64,000 bases of DNA from an uncultured Chroococcidiopsis sp. (GCA_964248365.1 CAXTYC010000016.1:1-64000), one strand, 5' to 3'; counted from the first letter of the stretch, positions 35,757 to 47,061 are shown. Notes: generated by a model not told the origin, from the letters alone. Program-made: numbers and translations.

Positions 35757-37706
35757 ATGCAATTTCCCCGCCTGCACCCAGACACAATTGAAGAAGTCAA
35801 ACAACGGGCTGACATTGTAGATGTCGTCTCGGAACACGTTGTATTACGCAAGCGGGGAAAGGATTTTGTCGGCTTATGCCCGTTCCATGCTGAAAAAACT
35901 CCCAGTTTTAGCGTTATTCCGACTAAGCAGATGTACTACTGCTTTGGTTGTCAGGCTGGGGGAAATGCGATTAAGTTTTTGATGGAATTGGGTAAGCGTC
36001 CTTTTATTGAAGTAGTGTTGGATTTAGCACGACGCTATTCTATACCAGTGCAAACGCTCGAACCAGAACAGCGGCAAGAATTACAACGGCAGTTATCTTT
36101 ACGAGAGCAATTGTATGAGGTAATGGCGGTAGCTGCCCAGTTTTATCAACACGCTTTGAGGCAACCCCAAGCCCAGTTAGCTTTAGATTATTTACAATCT
36201 TCACGCCAATTAAGTCTAGAAACAATTGGGCAGTTTGGATTAGGTTATGCTCCGGCTGGGTGGGAAACTCTATATAGATATCTGGTAGAACATAAACGCT
36301 ACCCTGTACAGCTATTGGAACAAGCAGGATTGATTCGACAAAGACAGTCGGGGCATGGCTACTATGACTACTTCCGCGATCGCTTGATGATTCCGATCTA
36401 TGATACTCAAGGGCGAGTAATTGCTTTTGGTGGCAGAACTCTTGGCGACGAGCAACCAAAGTATCTCAACTCACCAGAGACAGATATTTTTAGTAAAGGC
36501 AAAATTTTATTTGCCCTGGATAAAGCTAAGGGGGCAATTTCCCAACAAAATCAAGTCCTAGTAGTAGAGGGATATTTTGATGCGATCGCTCTTCATGCAG
36601 TTGGAATTACCAACGTCGTTGCATCCCTTGGCACTGCTCTTAGTTTAGAGCAAGTACGCGCTTGTTTGCGCTATAGCGAATCTAAAGAATTGGTACTCAA
36701 TTTTGATGCAGATGCAGCAGGCACTGAAGCATCTATGCGAGCAATTGGCGAAATTGCCAATCTTGCCTACAAAGGAGAAGTCAGCTTACGAATTCTCAGC
36801 ATACCAGAAGGCAAAGATGCCGATGAATATTTACGTAGCAACTCACCCGAAGATTATCGAGAACTGCTAAAAACTGCTCCTTTGTGGCTTGACTGGCAGA
36901 TTGGCCAAATTGTGGCAAACCGAGATCTCAAACAAGCTAGCTCTTCTGGGCAAGTAGCTGGGGCGATGGTGAAGTTACTCAAACAGATTAGTGATGGAAT
37001 TCAACGCAATCATTACATCCGTCATTGTGCTGAGATTTTGAGCTTGGGTGATGCCAGAATGGTATCAATGTGGGCAGACAATCTCTTGGGGCAAATCACG
37101 ACGGTTAATAATTATCGCACGATGCCGACGAGGAAACGGCAGCCGAGGCAGGCTAAGTCTTTACCAGCAGCTAGCGATCGCTCATTATTAGAACAGGCTG
37201 AGGCAACACTGTTAAGAATTTACCTACACTGCCCAGAATATCGCCCAGCTGTCAGTGATGCTCTTTTAGAGCGAGATTTACAATTTAGCCTGTCTCACCA
37301 TCGATTTTTGTGGCAACAGATTTTAGAAATAATCTCTAAAGATAGCATTCCAGCCCTCAGCCACCCTCCTACAACTCAAACTCAAATAGATTTAATTTCA
37401 AGTTTGCAAGTCCGATGTTTAGAGTTTGAAACCGAAATGGCTCAAGTTGCTTATCTATTTCACTTGGATGAAAAAACCCAACACGATTTATTTCGAGCAA
37501 CCCAAGTGATTCAAGCCGCTACTGCTTGTATGGAACGAGTAATGTGTGAAAAACGCTATCGTTACTTTCTCCAATTGTGGCAGCAAACTGATCCGGCGAA
37601 AGAGCCAGAGCAATACAAATCATACTATGACTCACTGTGTGGGGAAAAGCAGCGGCTGCAAGATTTAGACAGACAGCGGCAATTTTCTCTAAATGATTTG
37701 ATTTAG
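35757..37706 (+). CDS. dnaG: DNA primase
   Basis: CPFH..CFGC zinc finger, FRDRLMIPI, KYLNSPET, VEGYFD, FDADAAG, KDADE. Confidence 0.98.
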   Translation: MQFPRLHPDTIEEVKQRADIVDVVSEHVVLRKRGKDFVGLCPFHAEKTPSFSVIPTKQMYYCFGCQAGGNAIKFLMELGKRPFIEVVLDLARRYSIPVQTLEPEQRQELQRQLSLREQLYEVMAVAAQFYQHALRQPQAQLALDYLQSSRQLSLETIGQFGLGYAPAGWETLYRYLVEHKRYPVQLLEQAGLIRQRQSGHGYYDYFRDRLMIPIYDTQGRVIAFGGRTLGDEQPKYLNSPETDIFSKGKILFALDKAKGAISQQNQVLVVEGYFDAIALHAVGITNVVASLGTALSLEQVRACLRYSESKELVLNFDADAAGTEASMRAIGEIANLAYKGEVSLRILSIPEGKDADEYLRSNSPEDYRELLKTAPLWLDWQIGQIVANRDLKQASSSGQVAGAMVKLLKQISDGIQRNHYIRHCAEILSLGDARMVSMWADNLLGQITTVNNYRTMPTRKRQPRQAKSLPAASDRSLLEQAEATLLRIYLHCPEYRPAVSDALLERDLQFSLSHHRFLWQQILEIISKDSIPALSHPPTTQTQIDLISSLQVRCLEFETEMAQVAYLFHLDEKTQHDLFRATQVIQAATACMERVMCEKRYRYFLQLWQQTDPAKEPEQYKSYYDSLCGEKQRLQDLDRQRQFSLNDLI

Positions 37707-37943
37707 GGGCTAGAGGCTAGAGGCTAGAGGCTAGGGAAAGGATGAAGGATAAAGTATTAAGTGTGAAGTATGTACGCGAACACGAGCGCTTGCTTCCCCG
37801 AAGGGGTAGTGTAGCGTTAGCGTAAGCGCGTTGCCGTAGGCTAGGAGACCCACGACAGGAGACAAAAGACAGAATATTTAATTCTTTCCTTTTCCCTTTC
37901 CCCAAGTCTTTTTCCCTAGCCCCTAGCCCCTAGCCCCTAGCCC

Positions 37944-38507
37944 CTAGCGACAAAATAGCGTAGCGCGTGTTTCCCTTCCTGTCGTCGGATTAGTACCTTT
38001 GGCAGTTTTGCACAATTTTTCTTGCTCATCTTGACGCAGCAAAACATCGGTGAAGTCTGCTCCATCGATTATTGCTCCATCAAACTTGGCGTTAGTAGCA
38101 AACGCCCCCTCTAATACAGCATCGGTCAAATTTGCTTTGATTAAACGAGCCGAATCTAGAGTAGCGTTGGTGAGGTTAGCTCCCTCTAAATTTGCTGACT
38201 CTAGATTTGCTGCGAAGAAACTGACTTCCTGCAAATTCGAGTGACTCAAGTTACTATTACGGAGATTGGCTTTAGTAAAGCTAGAGTCTGTTAAGTCACG
38301 TCCTGAAAAATCAGTATCGATCAAAATTTCTCTGTTATAGTCGAGAGCAAGAGCGCTGGGAGCATTGACGAAAGTTAAAATAGCGATCGCACCAATAGCA
38401 CCTACACTTACCACTACTACTAGCAATAAACTAAGTATTCGTTTCCCAATCCAATTTTTAGTCCTAAATTTCATTGTGTCTTCAGCCAATGGCGAACCTT
38501 CCACCAT
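37944..38507 (-). CDS. Pentapeptide repeat protein with signal peptide
   Basis: A(N/D)LXX repeats; C-terminal LC..A.G.NP.TGR.TR.TL.C. Confidence 0.9.
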   Translation of the reverse strand: MVEGSPLAEDTMKFRTKNWIGKRILSLLLVVVVSVGAIGAIAILTFVNAPSALALDYNREILIDTDFSGRDLTDSSFTKANLRNSNLSHSNLQEVSFFAANLESANLEGANLTNATLDSARLIKANLTDAVLEGAFATNAKFDGAIIDGADFTDVLLRQDEQEKLCKTAKGTNPTTGRETRATLFCR

Positions 38508-39151
38508 CTCATTATCCCGATATTGGTGTCTTAGGAGAATATCTAGTTGCTCAATGGTTGCAAACTAGGGGCTGGATAATTCTACATCATCGCTGGCGTT
38601 GCCGTTGGGGAGAGATTGATCTGGTTGCGAAGCTAGATTTACACCTGGGGGAAGCTGGGGGAGCTGGGGGAGCTGAGGGAGCTGAGGGAGAAAGTGCATT
38701 CAAATTTCTTGACTTGAAAGCAGGGATATGGCATAAACCACCCCCTCAGCCTCCTCAGCCTCCTCAGCCTCCTGATCTCTCTTCTAGCCTCTCGCCCCTC
38801 GCCTCTCGCCCCTCGCCCCTCATGGCCTTTGTCGAAGTTAAAACGCGCTCTCAAAATAATTGGGATGCGGGAGGATTGTTAGCGATTACGCCAAAAAAGC
38901 AGGCAAAACTTCGGCAAACTGCACAGTGCTTTTTAACAACTTACCCTGACTTAGCACAATACCCTTGCCGCTTTGATGTGGGGCTGGTAAGTTACCAAAT
39001 AAGCAAAAATCAATCTGGACTGTCCAAGTCATCAATTAGCATAGAAGCTGCAACCAGCTTATCATCTATGTCAATTCAACTTGGACAATCTATCACAATT
39101 GGTAACTACCAGCTATTGCTGCAAGAATACCTTCCCTCAGCCTTTGATTAA
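38489..39151 (+). CDS. YraN family (UPF0102) endonuclease-like protein with repeat-derived insertion
   Basis: GVLGE..VAQWL, WRCRWGEIDLV, FVEVKTRS, CRFDV. Confidence 0.85.
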   Translation: MANLPPSHYPDIGVLGEYLVAQWLQTRGWIILHHRWRCRWGEIDLVAKLDLHLGEAGGAGGAEGAEGESAFKFLDLKAGIWHKPPPQPPQPPQPPDLSSSLSPLASRPSPLMAFVEVKTRSQNNWDAGGLLAITPKKQAKLRQTAQCFLTTYPDLAQYPCRFDVGLVSYQISKNQSGLSKSSISIEAATSLSSMSIQLGQSITIGNYQLLLQEYLPSAFD

Positions 39152-39171
39152 CTCACCTCACACCTGGGGCT

Positions 39172-39585
39172 TCAAGCCAAGGTTTCTGGACAGTACCCCA
39201 ATCCTCTGACAAACTGCTGCCGGAAGCTTTCTATTTCTTCACGTTCTGGACTACCATGAGAGACAATGGCAACCTGGTAGCGGCGCATGACATCAACCGG
39301 AGACTGTCCTGCTTCCAAACTCCAAAGAGCCATTCTGACGCGAATTGGTGCTTCGTAGGAAATTCCCAATTCATTTAAAAAAGCCCGAAAGTCTCCATCT
39401 AGCTGAGTATTGAGGGGAGATTTCATCTTGACTTTGACAACCCAGCCATCAATTTGATGAATCACGGTAACGAAACTTACGGGCAGTTGAGGTCTGCTGT
39501 GCAGGTACTCAACAATCCTCAACGTGAGGCTAGCATTTCCAAGATAGTACAAGTATTCCATATCCCTGACGGGGAGACAAGCCAA
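39172..39585 (-). CDS. Conserved cyanobacterial hypothetical protein
   Basis: MEYLYYLGNASLTLR...FVRGLGYCPETLA; coding-like composition. Confidence 0.75.
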   Translation of the reverse strand: MACLPVRDMEYLYYLGNASLTLRIVEYLHSRPQLPVSFVTVIHQIDGWVVKVKMKSPLNTQLDGDFRAFLNELGISYEAPIRVRMALWSLEAGQSPVDVMRRYQVAIVSHGSPEREEIESFRQQFVRGLGYCPETLA

Positions 39586-39819
39586 TCCTTACAACTTTAT
39601 TGTTGCTAATTGAAAACACGTTTACTAGCGGAGAACCCCCTAATGACTATGGGTAGATTCCCCCAAATTGCTATGTAATCATTAAAAACGAAAACTTAGT
39701 ACAATCGGTCAAAATATTGATCATTGACTAATTGAAAGATGTCCTGCCATCAATTTAAAGATTTACCTTCTAAGTTGGATACCGTAAAAACACGGAATTT
39801 TGCCATCTAATCCTCACCT

Positions 39820-41052
39820 TTGCTAGATATTAACGTAACTGGTAGTATGCCATCACAAAATATACCTCAATCCAACGTCCCAACTACCAATGCAGGAGAA
39901 TTAGACTACTCCTTAGCTGGCTACGATTATGAGCTTCCGCCCCTTCAGATTGCTCAAAATCCCGTGATTCCAAGAGATAGTGCGCGGTTGTTGGTAGTGA
40001 ATTCTCCTACTGCTCACTCTCATCGCGTCTTTCGTGATTTACCCCAGTTACTTAAAAGGGGTGATTTATTAGTAATGAACAATACACGGGTGATTCCTGC
40101 TCGTCTATATGGGCAGAAAGCTAGCGGGGCTATGGTAGAGGTGTTGCTGTTGGAGGAGAGGCAACATAATGTGTGGCTGGCTTTGGTGAAGCCTGGGAAA
40201 CGCTTGCAGCCTGGAGCAAAGATCTTTTTTCAAAGTCAAAAGTCAGAACTTGTAGAGACGCGATATATCACGTCTCTACAGCACTCAGAAGTCAAAATAT
40301 CTAATTCTTCTTCTCCCCCTGCTCCCACAGCGAACCCTGCTCCCCCAGCCAGCCTAAGTGCTACCATCTTAGCAACAGACAAGGAAACCGGAGGGCGGTT
40401 GTTGCAGTTTGATCTGCCATCCGATACGTCGGTGATTGAGCTATTGGAATCGTTTGGTCAAGTACCTTTACCGCCCTATATTACGAATTCTCAGGCAGAT
40501 TTGGAACAGTATCAGACGATTTATGCTCAGAACCCAGGAGCGGTAGCAGCGCCTACAGCTGGACTACATTTTACACCAGAATTGCTCAGCCGATTGCAAG
40601 AATGTGGTGTGGGGCAAGCGTTTGTGACTTTGCACGTAGGAGTAGGGACGTTTCGACCTGTAGAAGTGGAGGATGTGAAGACTCACACAATGCATGGTGA
40701 GTGGGTTGAGGTATCGGCACAGACAGTTGAGCACATTCGTGCCACGAAAGCGCAAGGGGGTAGAATTATTGCCGTAGGAACAACGACGGTGAGAGCTTTG
40801 GAAGGTGCAGCAGAATCTGGGCAGTTACAACCGTTTTGTGGTAAGACAAATTTGTTTATTTATCCAGGCTATCAGTGGCGAGTGGTAGAGGGGATGATTA
40901 CAAATTTTCATCTGCCTCGTTCTAGCTTGATGATGTTGGTAAGTGCTTTAATTGGTAGGGAGCGGTTGTTAGATTTATATCATGAGGCGATCGCGTCTTC
41001 TTACCGCTTTTATTCTTTTGGTGATGCGATGTTGATTTTACCATCAGCATGA
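39820..41052 (+). CDS. queA: S-adenosylmethionine:tRNA ribosyltransferase-isomerase
   Basis: YDYELP..IAQ, NNTRVIPARL, PLPPYI, AAPTAGLHFT, LHVGVGTF, TNFHLPRSSL, YRFYSFGDAM. Confidence 0.97.
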   Translation: MLDINVTGSMPSQNIPQSNVPTTNAGELDYSLAGYDYELPPLQIAQNPVIPRDSARLLVVNSPTAHSHRVFRDLPQLLKRGDLLVMNNTRVIPARLYGQKASGAMVEVLLLEERQHNVWLALVKPGKRLQPGAKIFFQSQKSELVETRYITSLQHSEVKISNSSSPPAPTANPAPPASLSATILATDKETGGRLLQFDLPSDTSVIELLESFGQVPLPPYITNSQADLEQYQTIYAQNPGAVAAPTAGLHFTPELLSRLQECGVGQAFVTLHVGVGTFRPVEVEDVKTHTMHGEWVEVSAQTVEHIRATKAQGGRIIAVGTTTVRALEGAAESGQLQPFCGKTNLFIYPGYQWRVVEGMITNFHLPRSSLMMLVSALIGRERLLDLYHEAIASSYRFYSFGDAMLILPSA

Positions 41053-41246
41053 AGTTAATATATTTCTCTTTCGCAAAACTAGCCACTTCTACAAAACGTT
41101 CAACAGCGGAGCTTTTACGGTTGAGTTTGATTCGCTCGACTACTGAAAATCGGGGCGATCACCGTTTGTGGGGATGTGGGGATGCGATCGCACTTTTATT
41201 CATATTCAAAACGTAATGCGATTACAAAAGCGATACAGGTATCGCT

Positions 41247-42110
41247 TTATGTGAATGTTCTTAGAAAGTTGATTGCTTGAGTGTTCTGCTGAAAAATTGC
41301 GTGTATTACGTCACCATTGTTATAGCGAATGTCAATCTCGTACTTCAATGCAGGTGCAATACTGGTTTGAGTATCTATGTAATTTTGGACATATTCAATA
41401 GCTTGCTCAATTGTAGAGATTTGCTGACGTAGTCCATGTAAGACAGTAACAGTTACCCCCTGAACTTGCCGTGAAAATGAATGCTCCAAGGAATTGATAA
41501 AATTATCTATCTCATTTTTCTCAAGGCTGAGTAATTGATTTTTAATTTTTGTGATATTTTGTGTCAATAAGTTTTTCCATTGAGCAATCTTAAACTGAAA
41601 CTCTGCTTCTGGTGTACTTTCATTAAAAGATGCATTTATTTCAACAGATGCAAATGCTTTGACTATGCTGTCATACTTTAGATAAAGAATTTTAAAGCCT
41701 TTAGACTTTAATTGATCGAGGGAGCCTTGAGTAAACACACCTGCTAAAATAGCACCTAAAAATGGGTGCAGATGACTATAGGTGTCTGCCAAAGGGACAA
41801 GCGCTCCTTCAATTTCTTGAGCTTTGTTTCTAGAGTGCTTAGTGTAACGTCGCCATGCCGTTTCTATAAATGCAATCGGTAGTCCACGAGTATCTTCTGT
41901 GCCTACCCGTTCAAGTACATAGTCAAGATCGTGAGAGTTACCGTATCGATCTTTCCACGATACCTTCTTGCTAGTTCTCGCTTTTCGTTTTCTTTGATAG
42001 TCCAAGTAAAGGCTATGCTGATTAGCTACTTCCTGAAGTCTCTCACGAATAAATTCTTGAATTAAGTTGCCGATAATCTGCCCCCACTTATGTGAGAATG
42101 ACTCTGCCAT
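41247..42110 (-). CDS. Putative restriction endonuclease (PD-(D/E)XK-like), partner of the upstream methylase
   Basis: AT-rich 287 aa ORF right after a DNA MTase; HDLDYVLE...AFIETAW acidic motif. Confidence 0.55.
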   Translation of the reverse strand: MAESFSHKWGQIIGNLIQEFIRERLQEVANQHSLYLDYQRKRKARTSKKVSWKDRYGNSHDLDYVLERVGTEDTRGLPIAFIETAWRRYTKHSRNKAQEIEGALVPLADTYSHLHPFLGAILAGVFTQGSLDQLKSKGFKILYLKYDSIVKAFASVEINASFNESTPEAEFQFKIAQWKNLLTQNITKIKNQLLSLEKNEIDNFINSLEHSFSRQVQGVTVTVLHGLRQQISTIEQAIEYVQNYIDTQTSIAPALKYEIDIRYNNGDVIHAIFQQNTQAINFLRTFT

Positions 42111-42147
42111 TGATTTTGTTTAAAAACTCATTTTGTTATAGCTAGAC

Positions 42148-43437
42148 TTATCCGCGAACCCACAAACAACCTTCACAAAGGGGAATTCTGTGTTTGCGAT
42201 TTTTCCACTTCACATTTCGGTCACGAATTTTCTCAAACTCAAATGCTTCAAACCCCGCGGATTGAGCCAGCTTACCAAGCCATTCAATTACAGGAACATG
42301 AACGCCGTAGGGCGCAGAATCACCGATAACGAAGCAAACAGTTGAAGGAGATTTACAGACTCGGCGAAGTGCCAGCCATACTTTAGCCATATCCGCAAAG
42401 TAGCAGCCAACCATCAGATGGTAATTCTTCTTACCACCATGCAGACGACGCTCTTGGGATAACTGATTACAAACTGCCAAAATCTCAGCTTGGATTGGTT
42501 GCAATTCGGGGGAAGCCAGAATTTCCTCCAAATTAACAGTCTTTTGTGTTACGTGCTGTGAGCATGAGCGAACTAGATGTTGGCGAACGGCACTCTGAAG
42601 ATCGCCCCATCCCTGAATTTCTCCCATGAAACACATCTCAAGACGTGTAGCATCGGCATAATCATAGTTGTTAGCGTATGGTGGTGATGTAATCACTAAG
42701 TTGGCAAAGTCATCAGGTACACCTTGACAAGTCCGAGCATCAGATTGAATGAGTGTAGCTTGAGACACTACTGTTTTTCCTGCGATTCTCATGTCTGTGG
42801 CAATGCTTTCTGCCATTAGCTGAAAAGCTGCCATAGGCTCTAAAGGGGATTGTTTCTTTTTATTAGGTAAAATGTACTGCCAAGGTGCAGTGCCAGCATG
42901 AGAAACATGGCGGAGAATAGCTACAAGCGTTAACCAAACTAACTCAGATGGTGGTGAATCATCAGCAATTTTTTCCCAAGCCTGTCGTAACCTATCTAAG
43001 CAGTTTAGTGAGGGATCAGTGAAACATTCACGAATCAAATTTGGATACTCATTTACACAGCCTTTCAAATTTTCGGCTAATCTTACGACATTTTGTGTCT
43101 GCTGAAGATAGGCATCGGGATCAGTTCGATATAACAGCTTGGCTCGTGCTACACGAGTAACGAAGGGATGAGCTTCAATTCCATAGCATTCAACCCCTAT
43201 TTGTTCAGATGCAAGCAAGGTTGTACCAGAGCCAGCAAATGGATCTAGAACAGCGATCTTTTCCTGTTCCTTAGCTTTAATAATCACAGTTTCTACCCAT
43301 TTTGCCGAAAATCCTGCACTAAACCTAAACCATCTATGTACTGGCAGTTTCATATTGTCCACAAAGGTTGAGGAAGTATCGAAACTTTCACAACTGAGAG
43401 GAAATGATACTGGTGATACAACTTTTTCACTAGGCAT
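42148..43437 (-). CDS. DNA amino-methyltransferase, alpha order, probably N4-cytosine
   Basis: Motif I VLDPFAGSGTT precedes motif IV ITSPPY; HRWFRFSAGFS at the N-terminus. Confidence 0.88.
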   Translation of the reverse strand: MPSEKVVSPVSFPLSCESFDTSSTFVDNMKLPVHRWFRFSAGFSAKWVETVIIKAKEQEKIAVLDPFAGSGTTLLASEQIGVECYGIEAHPFVTRVARAKLLYRTDPDAYLQQTQNVVRLAENLKGCVNEYPNLIRECFTDPSLNCLDRLRQAWEKIADDSPPSELVWLTLVAILRHVSHAGTAPWQYILPNKKKQSPLEPMAAFQLMAESIATDMRIAGKTVVSQATLIQSDARTCQGVPDDFANLVITSPPYANNYDYADATRLEMCFMGEIQGWGDLQSAVRQHLVRSCSQHVTQKTVNLEEILASPELQPIQAEILAVCNQLSQERRLHGGKKNYHLMVGCYFADMAKVWLALRRVCKSPSTVCFVIGDSAPYGVHVPVIEWLGKLAQSAGFEAFEFEKIRDRNVKWKNRKHRIPLCEGCLWVRG

Positions 43438-43711
43438 AAACTTTTTTAATTCATAAATATATGAATCTGGTTCCTGATCCTATAATATGAAAAAAATATG
43501 TATTTATTTTATAGGAATAGGAGCTTTATAAATATTAGTTTCAGTTTCATAAATAGCTTGAAAAGATTCAATTGCTTCTTTTAACTTGTTAATTGCATCT
43601 TCTTGATTACTACCTTGCCCTACCAGTCCTTCTAAGCACAACGCTACCCAATAGTTTGCACTTTGTCTGAGTTTCCCTGGGGTTTAAACCCCAGGCTGTG
43701 TAAAATTCTAT
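43430..43711 (-). pseudogene. Decayed HicB-family antitoxin
   Basis: Manual translation (I)EFYT / palindrome insertion / LRQSANYWVALCLEGLVGQGSNQEDAINKLKEAIESFQAIYE...YELK..VYA*; ATA start and frameshifts. Confidence 0.65.
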
Positions 43712-43766
43712 TGCTGTTCTAAGCTGATGTTGTGATGTAAGGTGGGCATGGGTGGCATACGATTAT

Positions 43767-46376
43767 CTAGCGTAGTGTACCTGCGGGAATGCCCAAAATA
43801 TCCTCAATTTTTGGCATTTCTTCTAGGGGAATTACGCGCCCTTCATCCTCAAAACCAGTGATTTGATCGAAGTTGAGATAACGATACAAATTGTCAGCGA
43901 AAGGATGAATTTTGTATGCCACAATGTCCATATATTCCTGTACTGTGGGAATGCGACCTAATAAGGCACACACTGCGGCTAATTCGGCTGAACCGAGATA
44001 GACTCGCGCATCTTTGCCCATGCGGTTGTTGAAGTTGCGGGTAGAAGTGGAAAACACTGTCGTACCGTCGGCAACTCGCGCTTGATTACCCATACACAGA
44101 CTGCAACCAGGCATTTCTGTCCTAGCACCAGCAGCACCAAATACGCTGTAAACTCCCTCTTCCTTGAGTTGCTGTTCATCCATGCGGGTGGGAGGACAAA
44201 TCCACAAACGAGTTTTAACAGCTTGTTCGCCATCCAATACTTTGGCGGTGGCGCGATAGTGTCCGATATTTGTCATGCACGAACCGACGAATACTTCCTG
44301 TACCGCATCGTTTTGAACTTCTGAAAGTAACTTGATGTTATCTGGATCGTTCGGTGCAGCGACGATTGGTTCTTTGATTTCGTTCAAGTCAATCTCGATA
44401 ATTTCAGCATACTCCGCATCTGGATCTGCTTCTATCAGTGAGGGATTTGCTAGCCACTGTTCCATTTTGGCGACGCGGCGCATGATCGTTCTAGCATCTT
44501 GATAGCCTCGCGCTACCATGTTTTTCATCAGTGCCACGTTGGAACGGAGATACTCTGATACTGTCTCGATACTCAGTTTAATCGTGCAACCAGCGCAAGA
44601 TCTTTCAGCTGTGGCATCTGTCAATTCAAAAGCTTGCTCTACTTTTAAATCTGGCAAGCCTTCAATTTCCATAATCCTACCAGAGAAGACGTTTTTCTTG
44701 TTCTGCTTTGTCACCGTCAGCAGTCCTTTTTGAATTGCTACATAAGGAATTGCATTCACAATATCCCGTAGGGTAATACCTGGTTGTAACTCTCCTTTGA
44801 ACCGAACTAAGACAGATTCAGGCATATTTAAAGGCATTGCACCCAAAGCAGCTGCAAACGCGACTAAACCTGAACCAGCAGGAAAGGAAATACCCAAGGG
44901 AAAACGGGTGTGAGAATCTCCACCTGTACCAACAGTATCAGGTAATAGCATCCGATTTAACCAAGAGTGGATAATACCATCACCAGGACGCAAGGCGACA
45001 CCGCCACGTTCGGCGATGAAATCCGGTAGTTCGTGGTGAGTTTTGATATCTACTGGCTTGGGATAAGCGGCGGTGTGGCAGAAACTTTGCATTACTAAGT
45101 CAGCACTGAAACCAAGACAAGCAAGTTCTTTTAACTCATCCCGTGTCATGGGACCTGTGGTATCCTGGGAACCAACAGTAGTCATAATCGGTTCGCAGGA
45201 TGTACCAGGGCGGACACCAGGTAATCCGCAAGCTTTGCCTACCATTTTTTGCGCTAGAGTAAAGCCTTTGCCTGTGTCTGCTGGCATTTTGGGACGGGTA
45301 AAGATGGTGCTGGGTTCTAATCCCAGTGCAGCACGGGTTTTGTCCGTGAGGGTGCGTCCGATTAGCAAGGGGATGCGTCCTCCGGCGCGGACTTCATCGG
45401 CAATGGTATCTGGGTGAAGGGTGAAGGTGGAAATGATTTCCCCAGTTTCGTTGGTAATTTCACCTTTGTAGGGATGGATGGTGATTACCATACCTGTTTC
45501 CATTTTGGTGACATCGCACACAATGGGTAAAGCGCCTGCGTCTTCGGCTGTGTTGAAGAAGATGGGAGCGATCGCACTACCTAATATATACCCTCCCGCC
45601 CGTTTATTCGGTACATAGGGAATATCTTGTCCGATGTGCCACAGTACCGAGTTAATCGCTGATTTTCGAGATGAACCAGTTCCTACCACATCCCCCACAT
45701 ATGCCACAGGATGCCCTTTTTGCTTCAACTCGGCAATGGTTTTCAATGCCCCAGGCATTTTAGATTCCAACATTACCAATGCGTGTAAGGGAATGTCAGG
45801 GCGAGTTGTTGCATGGGGTGCGGGAGATAGATCGTCTGTGTTTGTCTCTCCTGGCACTTTAAATACTGTGACTGTAATTTCGGATGGTAGTGATGGACGA
45901 CTGGTGAACCAATCGGCATCCGCCCAAGACTGCATTACTTGTTGGGCGTAAGAGTTGGTTTTTGCCAATTCGGCTACGTCGTGAAAGGCATCATACACTA
46001 GTAAAGTCTTACTTAAGGCGGATGCGGCGGCAAGTGCTAGCTGGCGATCATCAACAGACAACAAATCTATGAGCGATCGCACGTTATACCCACCGCTCAT
46101 TGTTCCCAGCAACTCTACAGCGTAGAGGGGAGAAACGAGCGGGCTGGTAATTTCGCCTTTGGCTACACCTGTGAGAAAACCTGCTTTAATATAAGCAGCA
46201 GGATCGACACCAGGAGGAATGCGATCGCGCAACAGATGCAGCAATGTTTCTTCTTCCCCAGCGGGTGGATGTTTCAGTAGTTCACATAATTCGGATGTTT
46301 GCTGTGCATTCAACGGTAGTGGCGGAATTCCTAGCGCACCCCGATCTGTGACGTGTTGACGATATTGTTCGAGCAT
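43767..46376 (-). CDS. acnB: Aconitate hydratase B
   Basis: 869 aa; [60 protein letters not shown]. Confidence 0.98.
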   Translation of the reverse strand: MLEQYRQHVTDRGALGIPPLPLNAQQTSELCELLKHPPAGEEETLLHLLRDRIPPGVDPAAYIKAGFLTGVAKGEITSPLVSPLYAVELLGTMSGGYNVRSLIDLLSVDDRQLALAAASALSKTLLVYDAFHDVAELAKTNSYAQQVMQSWADADWFTSRPSLPSEITVTVFKVPGETNTDDLSPAPHATTRPDIPLHALVMLESKMPGALKTIAELKQKGHPVAYVGDVVGTGSSRKSAINSVLWHIGQDIPYVPNKRAGGYILGSAIAPIFFNTAEDAGALPIVCDVTKMETGMVITIHPYKGEITNETGEIISTFTLHPDTIADEVRAGGRIPLLIGRTLTDKTRAALGLEPSTIFTRPKMPADTGKGFTLAQKMVGKACGLPGVRPGTSCEPIMTTVGSQDTTGPMTRDELKELACLGFSADLVMQSFCHTAAYPKPVDIKTHHELPDFIAERGGVALRPGDGIIHSWLNRMLLPDTVGTGGDSHTRFPLGISFPAGSGLVAFAAALGAMPLNMPESVLVRFKGELQPGITLRDIVNAIPYVAIQKGLLTVTKQNKKNVFSGRIMEIEGLPDLKVEQAFELTDATAERSCAGCTIKLSIETVSEYLRSNVALMKNMVARGYQDARTIMRRVAKMEQWLANPSLIEADPDAEYAEIIEIDLNEIKEPIVAAPNDPDNIKLLSEVQNDAVQEVFVGSCMTNIGHYRATAKVLDGEQAVKTRLWICPPTRMDEQQLKEEGVYSVFGAAGARTEMPGCSLCMGNQARVADGTTVFSTSTRNFNNRMGKDARVYLGSAELAAVCALLGRIPTVQEYMDIVAYKIHPFADNLYRYLNFDQITGFEDEGRVIPLEEMPKIEDILGIPAGTLR

Positions 46377-46694
46377 TTTAGACTTCTCCTAAGTTATTTA
46401 TTCAGCTATGAATGTTTTCTATTGTCATTCTTACGCTGCCTAATTCATCTTTACAGTTGGCAGTGATACTACCTTGAAGTTGCCTGCTAGGAAACCAAAG
46501 CAATGGGGATACAATAACTTGTTAGCAATTTACAATGGCAGATTCAATTTTGGATTTTTGGGATTGGTAAATGGTAGACGTAGAAGGGCTACGTCTGTAC
46601 AGGTAGTTGGTATTTCCCCTACTCCAAAACGAACTACTCCCTTCCCCATGACTCGATCTAAAATCTAAAATCGCCAAAGCCACTTTTAATATAT

Positions 46695-47018
46695 ATGTCT
46701 CAAACGTACACTGTTCAATTTCATCATCAAGGCGAAGTTCATACTATCCAAGTACCAGAAGATAAAACCATTTTGCGGGCTGCTTGTGCTGCTGGGCTAG
46801 ATTTGCCAAGTTCTTGCAATGCTGGTGTTTGTACTACTTGTGCTGCTCAGATTTTAGAAGGAAGTGTAGACCAAACTGATGGGATGGGCGTTAGTCCCGA
46901 ACTTCAGCAACAAGGTTATGTACTGCTTTGCGTTGCTTATCCACGCTCTAATTTGAAAATTGACACGGAAAAGGAAGAAGAAGTTTATCATCTGCAATTT
47001 GGGCAGTTCCAAAAGTAA
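46695..47018 (+). CDS. 2Fe-2S plant-type ferredoxin
   Basis: LPSSCNAGVCTTC...LLCVAYP. Confidence 0.93.
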   Translation: MSQTYTVQFHHQGEVHTIQVPEDKTILRAACAAGLDLPSSCNAGVCTTCAAQILEGSVDQTDGMGVSPELQQQGYVLLCVAYPRSNLKIDTEKEEEVYHLQFGQFQK

Positions 47019-47061
47019 AGCAGGGGGAGCGGGGGTAGCAGGGGGAGCTGGGGGAGAAAGG

